The notes: generated from the letters alone by a model not told the origin. A stretch of 64,000 nucleotides of DNA from Brevundimonas sp. (GCF_030682035.1 NZ_JAUXQZ010000031.1:20991-84990); one strand, 5' to 3'; shown: positions 38,338 through 48,570, numbered from the stretch's first letter. Made by a program: numbers and translations.

Positions 38338-39257
38338 CGCGGCTGCAGGATGAAGCCCGCCACGTCGTCGACGACGCCCGGCGCCAGCGGCAGGGTCGGG
38401 TCGCTGTAGGTGGCGAGGTTGGCGGCGCGGTCGGCGGGCGCGATCTTCAGCTGGTGGTTGACTCCCTCCCAAATCGCCAGACGGGCGTCGGGACGGGCGG
38501 CGGCCAGGGCCCTCGCGTCGGTCAGGCCGACCTGGATGTCCGTCGTACCCTGACCGATCATCACCGGCCCGTCCCAGGCGGCGACCATTTCAGCGGGGTC
38601 CAGCGGCAGCCACGAGATCATGTAGGGCTGGACTGAGGGGCGGAACAGGGCGGCCAGCTGCGGCGGGACGTCCGTGACCGGGCGTCCGGCTTCGAGCTCG
38701 GCGAGGATGGCCATGGCCTGCCCCCGGAGGGGTTCGGGGGCGTTGGCCAGTTGCTCGCGCAGGACCGCGCCAACCGGCCGGCCCGCTCCGGACAGCAGCA
38801 CGAGGCCGCAGACGGCGTCGTCACCGCGGGCCACGGCGGCCAGGGCGACCAGCGCACCCTCGCTGTGCCCGATCAGCCAGGCGCAGGGTTGGCCGGTCAG
38901 CCGGGCGGCCTCGGCGGCCCAGGCGCGGGCGTCATCCGAGTAGTCGGTGAAGCGCAGGTCCGCTTCCGCCATACCGGGGTAGGCGCTTGCGCCGACGCCG
39001 CGCTTGTCCGCGCGGACTGTGGCGACGCCGTGGGCGGCCAGACCCTCAGCGAGCAGACGGTAGCTGGAGGCCGAGACCCCGAGCGGGCTGTTCCCGTCCC
39101 GGTCGGTGGGACCGGAGCCGGCGATAATCAGGGCGACGGCCCGGGTCGAACCTTCCGGAGCCAGCAGGGTCCCATGCAGCGGGGCGGGCTCTGACGGCAG
39201 GACGACCGGCGCAGCGACCGGGTCGGACAGGAGGGCGGCGAGAATCAGGCTGAGCAT
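38334..39257 (-). CDS. Exported alpha/beta hydrolase
   Basis: GSGPTDRDGN, DKRG, GHSEG nucleophile motif, D and H catalytic residues. Confidence 0.9.
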   Translation of the reverse strand: MLSLILAALLSDPVAAPVVLPSEPAPLHGTLLAPEGSTRAVALIIAGSGPTDRDGNSPLGVSASSYRLLAEGLAAHGVATVRADKRGVGASAYPGMAEADLRFTDYSDDARAWAAEAARLTGQPCAWLIGHSEGALVALAAVARGDDAVCGLVLLSGAGRPVGAVLREQLANAPEPLRGQAMAILAELEAGRPVTDVPPQLAALFRPSVQPYMISWLPLDPAEMVAAWDGPVMIGQGTTDIQVGLTDARALAAARPDARLAIWEGVNHQLKIAPADRAANLATYSDPTLPLAPGVVDDVAGFILQPR

Positions 39258-39287
39258 GGCGGGTCTCCGTGGCTCTACGGGGCGGGT

Positions 39288-39953
39288 TCAGAAGGGCTGG
39301 CGGTCGGGATCGGTGCGCCAGACGCGCCAGCTTTCGGCGACCGCGAGGAAGGCGGCCGCGACCACCGCGCCGATCAGGATCTGATAGCCGAGCGGCTGCG
39401 GGGCGACGGGGGCGGCGACGAGGCCAGACAGGCCGATAAGGAAGAAGAGCCGTCCGGCCAGCCTGTTGGAGCGGTCCCAGGCGAGGCGGCTCTTGAGGCT
39501 CCAGGGCGTGCGAACGCCGGCGATCGGATTGGGGCCGACGCGGCCGGCCACGGCGCCCACGATCAGGAAGAGGACGGACAGACCGGCCATCGGCGCGGCG
39601 GCGCCGAGCGAGGTCAGGCCGGTCACGCTCGCCACGCCGGCGAACAGCGCCAGGGTCAGGAAGGTCAGCAGGATCAGCAGCTGGCCCGAGCGGATGGCGC
39701 GGACCCGGGCGGGACTTCCGCTGCGCCCGGCCGCGAGACCCATGCCGCCCGCGAGTACGCCGGTGAGCAGGCCGAAGCCGATGATGCCGGCGCCGATCGC
39801 CTCACGCCCGGTCCAGGCGTCGGCCTGCCCGTCGAAGCCATAGTGATAAGGCATCAGTTCGGACGGCCCGGCGAGGACGATCCAGGCGCCGGCGGTCACG
39901 ATCATGACGGTGATCGCGAGGGTGGCGCGGTCGGCGGCGGCGAGGCGGGTCAT
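39288..39953 (-). CDS. SdpI family immunity membrane protein (DUF1648)
   Basis: PYHYGFDGQAD, PNPIAGVRTPWSLKS...WDRSNRLAG. Confidence 0.88.
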   Translation of the reverse strand: MTRLAAADRATLAITVMIVTAGAWIVLAGPSELMPYHYGFDGQADAWTGREAIGAGIIGFGLLTGVLAGGMGLAAGRSGSPARVRAIRSGQLLILLTFLTLALFAGVASVTGLTSLGAAAPMAGLSVLFLIVGAVAGRVGPNPIAGVRTPWSLKSRLAWDRSNRLAGRLFFLIGLSGLVAAPVAPQPLGYQILIGAVVAAAFLAVAESWRVWRTDPDRQPF

Positions 39954-40240
39954 GTGCGGGGCTCCTCTTCAGGGTCGTCGGCGCGGGCGCCGGTCAGGGC
40001 CAGCAGGAAGGCGAGAGCCTCCTCCACGGCCGAAATCTCGAGCCGGTAGCGGATCGAGGCCCCCTCGCGCTCGGGCGAGACCAGTCCGGCCTCCTTGAGC
40101 GCATTGAGGTGGCCGGTGATCGTGGGCCAGCTCATGTCGAAGGCGGCGGCGATGTCGCCGGAGGCCATCGGTCCCTGGCGCAGCATGTCGATGATGCGGC
40201 GGCGGACCGGATGCGACAGGGCTTTGAACAGCAGGTTCAT
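39950..40240 (-). CDS. ArsR/SdpR family repressor
   Basis: FKALSHPVRRRI, HLNALKEAGLV. Confidence 0.92.
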   Translation of the reverse strand: MNLLFKALSHPVRRRIIDMLRQGPMASGDIAAAFDMSWPTITGHLNALKEAGLVSPEREGASIRYRLEISAVEEALAFLLALTGARADDPEEEPRT

Positions 40241-40250
40241 AAGGCAGGAC

Positions 40251-40275
40251 GCTAATTAGGAAATACCCTAATAGC
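40251..40275. promoter_or_regulatory. Imperfect palindrome, probable SdpR-like operator
   Basis: GCTAATTAGGAAATACCCTAATAGC lies 10 bp upstream of the ATG. Confidence 0.6.
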
Positions 40276-40283
40276 AAGCGTTG

Positions 40284-40416
40284 TTCCTCCCCCAAGCATA
40301 GCGCCGGGGGAGGGGGACCGCCCGAAGGGTGGTGGAGGGGGCTAACCGCATCCGCCAGTGTCCGAGGTTGGCCCCCTCCACCGCTACGCGGTCCCCCTCC
40401 CCCGATGGGGGAGGAA
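40284..40416. repeat. Palindromic intergenic repeat doublet (family A)
   Basis: Two inverted arms (GGGGAGGGGGACC...GGTGGAGGGGGC and GCCCCCTCCACC...GGTCCCCCTCCCC) around a spacer of about 28 bp. Confidence 0.88.
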
Positions 40417-40424
40417 TAGGCTGG

Positions 40425-40802
40425 CTAAATCGAGAAACTCACCCCGCAGCCGCAGGAGGAGGCGGCGTTCGGGTTCCTGACCACGAACTGGGCGCCGGCG
40501 AGGTCGTCGACGAAGGCGATCTCGGAGCCCTTGAGGAAGGGCAGGGAGATGGGGTCCACGATGGCCGCCTGACCGCCGGCCTCAATGCGGATGTCGTCGG
40601 GCTCGGCGGACTGGACCAGTTCGAACCGGTACTGGAAGCCCGAGCACCCGCCGCCGTCGACGGCGACGCGCAGCAGGACCGGATGACCCTCGTCCCGGCC
40701 CAGTTCGGTCAAGCGTCTTGCGGCGCTGTCGGACAGGGTCAGGCCGTGCCCGCCGGCGGACGGCGATATCTGGAACAGGGGTGCGGATTGGACGGTGCTC
40801 AC
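40425..40802 (-). CDS. erpA: A-type Fe-S carrier (ErpA/IscA family)
   Basis: [20 protein letters not shown]. Confidence 0.92.
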   Translation of the reverse strand: MSTVQSAPLFQISPSAGGHGLTLSDSAARRLTELGRDEGHPVLLRVAVDGGGCSGFQYRFELVQSAEPDDIRIEAGGQAAIVDPISLPFLKGSEIAFVDDLAGAQFVVRNPNAASSCGCGVSFSI

Positions 40803-40865
40803 AGGGGGCTATATGAGGCGCGCAGGGCCGATCGCAAAGGCCCGCAGCCGAATGAGCAGCCGACG

Positions 40866-42056
40866 TTGATCCCCGAGCGCGCCGCCTATGCCGAATACCC
40901 CGAGCACAGCCGCGGCCGGCTGACGCCCGAACCGATCAGCCGTACGCGTAATGCCTACGCCCGCGATCGCGACCGGATCATCCACGCCACCGCCTTTCGC
41001 CGCCTGAAGGAGAAGACCCAGGTCTTCGTAGCCCATGAGGGCGACCACTACCGCACTCGCCTGACCCATTCGCTGGAGGTGGCGCAGATCGCGCGGTCTC
41101 TGGCGCATGCGTTGCGACTGGACACCGACCTGGCCGAGACCGTGGCCTTGGCCCACGACCTCGGCCATCCGCCGTTCGGTCATGCGGGCGAGGACGAATT
41201 GCAGGCCCGGATGGAGCCGTGGGGCGGCTTTGACCACAACGTCCAGACCTTCCGCGTGGTGACCCGGCTGGAGCATCGCTATCCCCAATTCGAGGGGCTG
41301 AACCTGAGCTGGGAAACCGTCGAGGGGGTGGTCAAGCACAACGGGCCGGTGTCGCACCGGCTGGACGAGCCGGCGTGGAAGGCCATCGCAGACTACACTG
41401 TGGATCACGGGGCGCCGGCGTGGGACCTGCGGCTGGACACCTTCGCCTCGCTGGAGGCGCAGGCGGCGGCGATCGCGGACGACATCGCCTACAACAATCA
41501 CGACGTCGACGACGGGGTGCAGGCGGGGCTGTTCACGCTGGACGACCTCAGCGACGTGCCGCTGATCGGGCCGGTGCTGCACGGGGTGCGCAAGGACTGG
41601 CCCGACATTGACGACCGGATGATCCGCATCGAGGCGGTGCGGCGCATGATCGGGGCGATGGTCGAGGACGTGCTGGCCGAGACCGAGGCGCGGATTGCGG
41701 CGGACGATATCCGCTCGACCGAGGCGGTGCGGACCGCCGGCCGGATGCTGGTGGCGTTTTCGCCCGGCATGCTGGCGGATCTGGGCATTCTGAGGAAATT
41801 CCTGTTCGAGCGGATGTACCGCCACTATCGCGTCAACCGGACGCGCAGCCAGGCGCGGCGGCTTCTGGGCGAGATGTTCCAGCTGTTCATGGCCGAGCCT
41901 GCGACCCTGCCGCCCGAATGGTCGGGTCGGGCGGACGTGGCGGATCAGGCGAAGCGGGCGCGAGCGGTCTGCGACTATGTTGCCGGCATGACCGACCGCT
42001 ACGCCATCGAGGAACACAGAAAGCTGTTCAGCCTCGACCTGGCGCTGGATTTGTAG
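40866..42056 (+). CDS. dgt: dGTP triphosphohydrolase
   Basis: [37 protein letters not shown]; start (TTG at 40866) uncertain. Confidence 0.94.
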   Translation: MIPERAAYAEYPEHSRGRLTPEPISRTRNAYARDRDRIIHATAFRRLKEKTQVFVAHEGDHYRTRLTHSLEVAQIARSLAHALRLDTDLAETVALAHDLGHPPFGHAGEDELQARMEPWGGFDHNVQTFRVVTRLEHRYPQFEGLNLSWETVEGVVKHNGPVSHRLDEPAWKAIADYTVDHGAPAWDLRLDTFASLEAQAAAIADDIAYNNHDVDDGVQAGLFTLDDLSDVPLIGPVLHGVRKDWPDIDDRMIRIEAVRRMIGAMVEDVLAETEARIAADDIRSTEAVRTAGRMLVAFSPGMLADLGILRKFLFERMYRHYRVNRTRSQARRLLGEMFQLFMAEPATLPPEWSGRADVADQAKRARAVCDYVAGMTDRYAIEEHRKLFSLDLALDL

Positions 42057-42162
42057 GGGATTGAGTCCTTCCCCGCTTCTCCCGGCCTGAAAAAGGACTT
42101 GGACCGGGATAGAGTGTCCGTTCCGCGCTTCGATTCGCGCGGACCCGACGGAAGGCGCGGCC

Positions 42163-42903
42163 ATGTCCAACGAAGATCCCTATCGTCCGAACCAGGGCCG
42201 CGACCGGGGCGCCTATACGCCGCCGACCGACGACGATCTGCCGTTCAACCGTGGCGGCTACGACGCGCGCCGGGCCGGCGGAGGAGGCGGGGCCAAGGCG
42301 CCGCCGATGACGCTGATCATCTCGGGCGTGGTGTTGCTGGTCCTGATCATCGCGGTGGTGGTCTATTACCGCGCCGGGCCGCGCTCCTCGAATGACGCAC
42401 CGCCCGCCGTGGGTACACCCGTCGTACAGATGAAGGCCGACGCGCCGCTGGAGGCCCAGCCGATCGACCCGGAAGCCGGCATCGACGTCTATGACGCCGC
42501 GGAAGCCCCGACCACGGCTCCGACTTTCACTCCGCCGCCCGAAGTCGCCCAGCCGCGTCCCGCGCCGCGTCCGGCCGGAACGACCGCGCCCGTCGCGCCA
42601 CGCCCGACGCCCGTGACGCCGCCGCCCGCCAGGACCGAACCTCGCGCCCCGGCGACTGTCGGCGGGACGTCCGGCGTCCAGATCGGGGCCTTCTCGACGC
42701 CGAGTCTGGCGGACCGCGAGTTCGCCGCCATGGTCGGCCGCTATCCCCAGTTCACCGCCGGGGCTGAAAAGCGGGTTCAGGAGGTCACGGCCTCGAACGG
42801 CTCGACGGTCTATCGCACCACCGTCACCGGCCTGAGCCGCGATCAGGCGACCGGCCTGTGCAACGCGATCAAGGCCGCCGGCGGCGACTGTTTCGTGCGC
42901 TGA
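42163..42903 (+). CDS. ftsN: FtsN-like SPOR-domain cell division protein
   Basis: Cytoplasmic N-terminus, one TM segment, Pro-rich linker, SPOR domain (VQIGAF, C...CFVR); lies between dgt and nagZ. Confidence 0.8.
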   Translation: MSNEDPYRPNQGRDRGAYTPPTDDDLPFNRGGYDARRAGGGGGAKAPPMTLIISGVVLLVLIIAVVVYYRAGPRSSNDAPPAVGTPVVQMKADAPLEAQPIDPEAGIDVYDAAEAPTTAPTFTPPPEVAQPRPAPRPAGTTAPVAPRPTPVTPPPARTEPRAPATVGGTSGVQIGAFSTPSLADREFAAMVGRYPQFTAGAEKRVQEVTASNGSTVYRTTVTGLSRDQATGLCNAIKAAGGDCFVR

Positions 42904-42910
42904 TCGATCG

Positions 42911-43960
42911 GTGACCTCGGCGGCGATCTACGGCTGTAGCGGCCATCGGCTGACGGAGGCGGAACGCGCCTTCTTCGCCGAGGCTCGGCCGTGGGGCTTC
43001 ATCCTGTTCCGCCGCAATATCGACAGCCCGGAGCAGGTGCGGGCCCTGACCGATGAACTACGCGCGAGCATCGGCGACGCGGAGGCGCCGATCCTGATCG
43101 ATCAGGAAGGCGGTCGGGTGCAGCGGATGGGGCCGCCGCACTGGCCGAAATATCCACCGGGCGAGGCCTATCTCAAGGCGACCAACGACCCGCTGACGGC
43201 GCGCGAACTGGTCCGGCTGGGCGCGCGGCTGATGGCGCATGACCTCAAGGCGGTGGGAATCAATGTTGATTGTCTGCCGGTGCTCGACGCGCCCGTACCC
43301 GGCGCTCATGAGATCATCGGCGACCGGGCCTATGCCCATGCCCCCGCGACAGTGGCCCAGCTGGGGCGAGCGGCGGCGGAAGGCCTTCTGGCCGGAGGCG
43401 TCCTGCCGGTGATCAAACACATGCCGGGCCACGGGCGGGCTTTCGCCGACAGTCACCACGACCTGCCGGTGGTGCATGCGGATTTCGCGACCCTGGACGG
43501 CTGGGACTTTGCGCCGTTCAAGGCGCTGTCGGACATGCCGATGGCCATGACGGCCCATGTGGTGTTCGACGCCATCGATCCGAAACGGCCGGCGACGACC
43601 TCGAAGAAGACGATCCGGCTGATGCGGGACCACCTCGGCTTCGGCGGACTGATCATGACAGACGACCTGTCGATGAAGGCGCTGTCGGGAACCTTGAGGG
43701 AGCGGGCGGAGGCGTCGCTCAAGGCGGGCTGCGACGTGGTCCTGCACTGCAACGGCGCGCTCGACGAGATGCGACAGGTGGCCGAAGGGACTGGCAGGTT
43801 GAAGGGCAGGGCGGCGAAACGGGCGGCCGCCGCCATGGCCCGGGTCGTCCATACGCCGGAGCCGCTGGAGGAGCGCGAGGCGCGCGAGCGGTTCGCCGCC
43901 ATGCTGGCCGGAAAACTGGAGGCCGCCAAGGGGCCGGATGTCGGGGAGGCGCAGGCATGA
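42911..43960 (+). CDS. nagZ: Beta-N-acetylhexosaminidase
   Basis: DQEGGRVQR, KHMPGHG...DSH, TDDLSM. Confidence 0.95.
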   Translation: MTSAAIYGCSGHRLTEAERAFFAEARPWGFILFRRNIDSPEQVRALTDELRASIGDAEAPILIDQEGGRVQRMGPPHWPKYPPGEAYLKATNDPLTARELVRLGARLMAHDLKAVGINVDCLPVLDAPVPGAHEIIGDRAYAHAPATVAQLGRAAAEGLLAGGVLPVIKHMPGHGRAFADSHHDLPVVHADFATLDGWDFAPFKALSDMPMAMTAHVVFDAIDPKRPATTSKKTIRLMRDHLGFGGLIMTDDLSMKALSGTLRERAEASLKAGCDVVLHCNGALDEMRQVAEGTGRLKGRAAKRAAAAMARVVHTPEPLEEREARERFAAMLAGKLEAAKGPDVGEAQA

Positions 43961-43972
43961 CAACCTCGTTTC

Positions 43973-44131
43973 CCTTCCCCCCTTGCGGGGGAAGGTGGCA
44001 GGCGGAGCCTGACGGATGGGGGGTGAAACGCCGGGCTGTCCGATTGGCGAACTTCCAACCATACTGTCCGCTGCACCAGACCCCCCATCCGAGCCGCTCC
44101 GCGGCCCACCTTCCCCCGCAAGGGGGGAAGG
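43973..44131. repeat. 159-bp element with perfect 26-bp terminal inverted repeats (family B, CIR/REPIN/MITE-like)
   Basis: CCTTCCCCCCTTGCGGGGGAAGGTGG (43973-43998) and its exact reverse complement (44106-44131); inner IR GGATGGGGGG/CCCCCCATCC. Confidence 0.9.
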
Positions 44132-44141
44132 AGATCGTTCA

Positions 44142-44963
44142 GTGACCGACGCCTTCCAGCCCAATCTCGACTTCACCGCCGCCGAACAGGTAGACGAACG
44201 GGAGGCCTTCGTTGTCGATCTGGACGGCTATGAAGGGCCGCTCCACGTCCTGCTGGCGTTGGCGCGGACGCAGAAGGTCGATCTGCTGAAGCTGTCGATC
44301 ACCCGGCTGGCGGAACAGTATCTGGCCTTCGTTCACGAGGCGCGGCGGCGCAATTTCTCGCTGGCGGCGGACTATCTGGTGATGGCGTCGTGGCTGGCCT
44401 ATCTGAAGTCGCGGCTGCTGCTGCCGCGCACCGACAAGGGCAAGGACGACGAACTGCCTGCCGAGGAGATGGCCGCGGCCCTGGCCTTCCGGCTGCAGAA
44501 GCTGGAGGCGATGCGCAAGGCGGTGGAGGCGATCACCGCCCGGCCGCAGCTGAAGCGCGACGTCTTCACCCGCGGCGATCCGCAGGCGACAGTGATCGTG
44601 CCCTCCGACCGCATCGACGCCAGCCTGTATGAGCTGATGGCCGCCTATGTGACGCAGCGGCGGCGCGAGGAGCAGCGCCACTACAATCCCGGCCAGCGGG
44701 TCGAGGCCTTCGCTCTCGAGGCGGCGCGCGACTGGCTGAGGGAGGTTCTGCCCCGGCTTGAGCAATGGACCCCCCTGGAACAGGTGGCGCCCGCCCACGA
44801 CGGCCTGCACGGTCCGACCCAGGCCAGCTTTACCGCCTCGACCCTGTCGGCCAGTCTGGAGCTGGTGAAGGAGGGGGCGATGGATGTGAGACAGGCGGCC
44901 GCCTTCGCGGACCTGTATCTGAAGCGGCGCGGGCGGGGTCAGGGACTGGAGCTGGTGCCGTGA
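44142..44963 (+). CDS. scpA: Segregation and condensation protein A
   Basis: YEGPLHVLL, ADYLVMA...LKSRLLLP, LELVKEG. Confidence 0.95.
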   Translation: MTDAFQPNLDFTAAEQVDEREAFVVDLDGYEGPLHVLLALARTQKVDLLKLSITRLAEQYLAFVHEARRRNFSLAADYLVMASWLAYLKSRLLLPRTDKGKDDELPAEEMAAALAFRLQKLEAMRKAVEAITARPQLKRDVFTRGDPQATVIVPSDRIDASLYELMAAYVTQRRREEQRHYNPGQRVEAFALEAARDWLREVLPRLEQWTPLEQVAPAHDGLHGPTQASFTASTLSASLELVKEGAMDVRQAAAFADLYLKRRGRGQGLELVP

Positions 44964-45619
44964 TCCAGTTCGCCCCCGATCACGGAGAGATCGAACGCCG
45001 CGTCGAGGCCCTGCTGTTCGCCGCGGCGGGTCCGCTGTCGGCGGCGGAGATCGCGCGGCGGCTGCCCGAGGGCGCTGACGTCGGGGGCGCCATCTCGGCC
45101 CTGCGCGAACGCTATCAGGGCCGGGGCGTCGAGCTGGAATGCGTCGCCGACCGCTGGCGCTTCCGCACGGCGCCGGACCTGTCCTTCCTGATGACCGAGG
45201 AGCGCGAGGAGCCGCGGCGGCTGTCGAAGGCGGCGCTCGAGACCCTGGCCATCATCGCCTATCACCAGCCGTGCACCCGCGCCGAGGTCGAGAGCGTGCG
45301 CGGCGTCTCCCTGTCCCGGGGTACGCTGGATCTGCTGCTGGAGATGGGGTTCGTGCGGCTGCGCGGGCGGCGGCGGACACCGGGACGGCCGGTGACCTAT
45401 GGCACCGCCGACCGGTTCCTGGAGCATTTCGGCCTGTCCAACCTGTACGACCTGCCCGGCGTGCGGGAGATGAAGGCGGCCGGCCTGCTGGACCTGTCGA
45501 TCCCGGTCGGCTTCGAAGTTCCGGACCCGTCGCGCGCCACGGACGGCGACGACGAACCCCTGCTGCCCGGCGACGAGGACGCGCCCGAGTTTGCCCGGGA
45601 TTTCGTGGCTGAGGACTGA
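44960..45619 (+). CDS. scpB: Segregation and condensation protein B
   Basis: VEALLFAA, LETLAIIAYHQP, PGRP...YGT...FL. Confidence 0.95.
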   Translation: MIQFAPDHGEIERRVEALLFAAAGPLSAAEIARRLPEGADVGGAISALRERYQGRGVELECVADRWRFRTAPDLSFLMTEEREEPRRLSKAALETLAIIAYHQPCTRAEVESVRGVSLSRGTLDLLLEMGFVRLRGRRRTPGRPVTYGTADRFLEHFGLSNLYDLPGVREMKAAGLLDLSIPVGFEVPDPSRATDGDDEPLLPGDEDAPEFARDFVAED

Positions 45620-45630
45620 GCTCCCGGGCG

Positions 45631-45748
45631 CCCCTCCACCATCCTTCGGATGGTCCCCCTCACCATCAAGATGGGGAGGAGACAGCAGCCGTCTCCTCCC
45701 TGTCGCGCAGCGATGGGGAGGGGGACCACGCGAAGCGTGGTGGAGGGG
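45631..45748. repeat. Family A repeat doublet in inside-out arm order
   Basis: CCCCTCCACC...GGGGAGGAGAC followed by GTCTCCTCCC...GGTGGAGGGG; arm order is opposite to the 40284 doublet. Confidence 0.88.
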
Positions 45749-45785
45749 TGATGCATTCCGCTCCGACCCTTGCTAATCGCTTCCA

Positions 45786-47219
45786 ATGATCGCTCGCCTT
45801 CGCCCCGTGCCGTTCGACCTCGGCCCCGTCCATTTCGTGGGCATTGGCGGCATCGGCATGAGCGGCATCGCCGAAATCATGCTCAAGATCGGCTATTCGG
45901 TGCAGGGCTCGGACGCCAAGGCCAGCGCCAACACCGAACGGCTGGAGAAGCTGGGGGCACGGGTCTTCATCGGCCATGACGCCACCCATATCGGCGACGG
46001 CGTCTCGGCGGTGGTCTATTCGACCGCGGTCAAGCCGACCAACCCCGAGATGATGGTCGCCCGCGAGCGGCGCATCCCGCTGGTCCGCCGGGCCGAGATG
46101 CTGGCCGAGCTGATGCGGCTGCAGTTCTCGATCGCGGTCGGGGGCACGCACGGCAAGACCACCACGACCTCGATGGTCGCCGCCATCCTGGACGCCGGCG
46201 GGCTGGACCCCACCGTGGTCAACGGCGGCATCATCAACGCCTATGGCACCAACGCCAAGGTCGGCGACGGCGACTGGATCGTGGTCGAGGCCGACGAGAG
46301 CGACGGCAGCTTCCTGCGCCTGAAGTCCACCGTGGCCATCGTCACCAATATCGATCCGGAGCATCTGGACCACTACGGCGACTTCGACGGGGTGCGGAAG
46401 GCGTTCGTGGACTTCGTCGAGAACATCCCCTTCTACGGCTTCGCCGCCGTCTGCCTCGACCACCCGGAGGTGCAGCGGCTGGTGGCCTCGATCGATAACC
46501 GGCGGCTGGTGACCTATGGCATCAACCCCCAGGCCATGGTGCGGGCCGACAACTGCCAGATGATGCCCGACGGCTGCCGCTTCGACGTGGTGATCCAGAA
46601 GCAGGGTCTGGCCGCGCTGGACGAGCCGATCCGGATCGAGGGCCTGCATCTGCCCATGGCGGGATGGCACAATGTCTCCAACGCGCTGGCCGCCATCGCC
46701 GTGGCGCGGGAGCTGGATGTGTCGGATGAGGCGATCAAGGCCGGTCTGGCCGGGTTCGGCGGCGTGCGGCGGCGCTTCACCACCACCGGCGTGGTCGGCG
46801 GGGTGCGCATCGTCGACGACTATGGCCACCACCCGGTCGAGATCGCCGCCGTGCTCAAGGCCGCGCGACAGGTCGCCGAGGGCCGCGTCATCGCCGTGGT
46901 CCAGCCGCACCGCTTCACCCGGCTGGAATCGCTGATGGAGGAGTTCTCAACCTGTTTCTCGGACGCCGACGCGGTGTTCGTGGCCGACGTCTATGCGGCG
47001 GGCGAGACGCCGATCGAGGGGATCGACAAGGACGCGCTCGTCGAGGGCATCCGGCGGTTCGGGCATCGCTCGGTGCAGCCGCTGGAGAGTGTTGAGGCCC
47101 TGCCGGGGGTGATCGCGGCGGAGGCGAAGGCCGGCGATCTGGTGGTGCTGCTGGGGGCGGGGGACATCACCCAGTGGGCCTATGCGCTGCCGGGGCAGTT
47201 GGAGGGGATGCAGGCCTGA
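45786..47219 (+). CDS. murC: UDP-N-acetylmuramate--L-alanine ligase
   Basis: [29 protein letters not shown]. Confidence 0.98.
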   Translation: MIARLRPVPFDLGPVHFVGIGGIGMSGIAEIMLKIGYSVQGSDAKASANTERLEKLGARVFIGHDATHIGDGVSAVVYSTAVKPTNPEMMVARERRIPLVRRAEMLAELMRLQFSIAVGGTHGKTTTTSMVAAILDAGGLDPTVVNGGIINAYGTNAKVGDGDWIVVEADESDGSFLRLKSTVAIVTNIDPEHLDHYGDFDGVRKAFVDFVENIPFYGFAAVCLDHPEVQRLVASIDNRRLVTYGINPQAMVRADNCQMMPDGCRFDVVIQKQGLAALDEPIRIEGLHLPMAGWHNVSNALAAIAVARELDVSDEAIKAGLAGFGGVRRRFTTTGVVGGVRIVDDYGHHPVEIAAVLKAARQVAEGRVIAVVQPHRFTRLESLMEEFSTCFSDADAVFVADVYAAGETPIEGIDKDALVEGIRRFGHRSVQPLESVEALPGVIAAEAKAGDLVVLLGAGDITQWAYALPGQLEGMQA

Positions 47220-47662
47220 TGCCGACAGATTTGGTCTGGTCTCTAATCGACGACGCTTGGAACTCCGAGATCTCATTGGAAGACGTGGAGGCAACACAGG
47301 CCAGGCTGAATGCCATGCCCGCACATGTTCGGCATCTCTACGCTGCGACGTGGATCGATTGCGAAGTCGGTAATGGTGGGTTTTGGCAGTTATTCTCGAA
47401 CAGCGCCGGCGTGCTCGCACCAGAGGCTGTCGATGGCTTCACTGCGTTGGGTATGCCCCAAACAGCGGCGATCGTAGCGGAAGCTATCAACCTGCTTGGA
47501 TCCCCGTTTCCCCGAGATCGCAATGTGAGAGATCAGCGGCTCAGCGATCTTGAAGATACATGTTTCGACGGCCTTGAAGACCAGTTTTACACCATGATCG
47601 AGACGGAAGCGGGCGGCTCCGAGGAAGCGTTCCGTACCTATGCGGGCCGGTTCGCGAAATGA
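47219..47662 (+). CDS. DUF4375/DMP19-like acidic protein
   Basis: [14 protein letters not shown] motif; overlaps the murC stop (TGATG) and the murB start (ATGA); visibly more A/T-ending codons than its neighbours. Confidence 0.8.
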   Translation: MPTDLVWSLIDDAWNSEISLEDVEATQARLNAMPAHVRHLYAATWIDCEVGNGGFWQLFSNSAGVLAPEAVDGFTALGMPQTAAIVAEAINLLGSPFPRDRNVRDQRLSDLEDTCFDGLEDQFYTMIETEAGGSEEAFRTYAGRFAK

Positions 47663-48570
47663 TGTGGCTCGACTCACTCCCCCCCGTCCGCGGCAAGCTG
47701 CTGCGCGACGAGCCGCTGGGGCCGTTCACCTGGTTCCGGGTGGGCGGGAAGGCCGATGTGCTGTTCATTCCGGCTGATGCCGACGATCTGGCCGACTTTC
47801 TGAAAGCGCTGGACCCGGCCGTGCCGGCGACGGTGCTGGGCGTCGGCTCCAACGTCATCGTCCGCGACGGCGGGGTCGAGGGCGCGGTCGTGCGGTTGGC
47901 CGGGCGGCCCTTCGCCGGGATCACGACCGAGGGCGACACGATCACGGCGGGCGCCGGCGCGCTGGACTCCATGGTGGCGCGGGCCTCGGCGAAGGCGGGG
48001 CTGGGCGGTCTGGAGTTCTATGCGGGCATTCCGGGCACCGTCGGCGGGGCCCTGACCATGAACGCCGGCTGCTACGGCGCCGAGACGAAGGACATTCTGG
48101 TCTCGGCCCGGGGCCTGACGCGGTCGGGCCAGCGGGTCGAGTATGTGGTGGCCGATTTCGGCTACACCTATCGCCACTCCAAGGCGCCGGCGGACATCAT
48201 CTGGATCGAGGCGACCTATCGCGGGACGCCCGCCGATCCGGAGGCCGTGGCGGCGAAGATCGCCGAGATCACCGCGCGCCGCGAACTGACCCAGCCGATC
48301 CGGGAGAAGACCGGTGGCTCGACCTTCAAGAATCCGCCGGGCCATTCGTCATGGAAACTGGTCGATGAGGCGGGCTGGCGCGGCAAACTGTTCATGGCCA
48401 CCGGAGGCGGGGCCATGTTCAGTGAATTGCACAGCAATTTCATAATCAACCCCGGCGACGCGACCGCCGCGGATATCGAGGGGCTGGGCGATGCGGTGAG
48501 GGCCGATGTACTGGCCAAGACTGGCGTGCCGCTCGACTGGGAGATCAAACGCATTGGTCGACCGGCCTGA
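47659..48570 (+). CDS. murB: UDP-N-acetylmuramate dehydrogenase
   Basis: [13 protein letters not shown]...[15 protein letters not shown]. Confidence 0.97.
   Translation: MMWLDSLPPVRGKLLRDEPLGPFTWFRVGGKADVLFIPADADDLADFLKALDPAVPATVLGVGSNVIVRDGGVEGAVVRLAGRPFAGITTEGDTITAGAGALDSMVARASAKAGLGGLEFYAGIPGTVGGALTMNAGCYGAETKDILVSARGLTRSGQRVEYVVADFGYTYRHSKAPADIIWIEATYRGTPADPEAVAAKIAEITARRELTQPIREKTGGSTFKNPPGHSSWKLVDEAGWRGKLFMATGGGAMFSELHSNFIINPGDATAADIEGLGDAVRADVLAKTGVPLDWEIKRIGRPA

Noticed and set aside
40284-45748. Palindromic repeats as a CRISPR array
   Set aside because: Copies are dispersed and inverted, lack regular repeat-spacer periodicity, and no cas genes are present.
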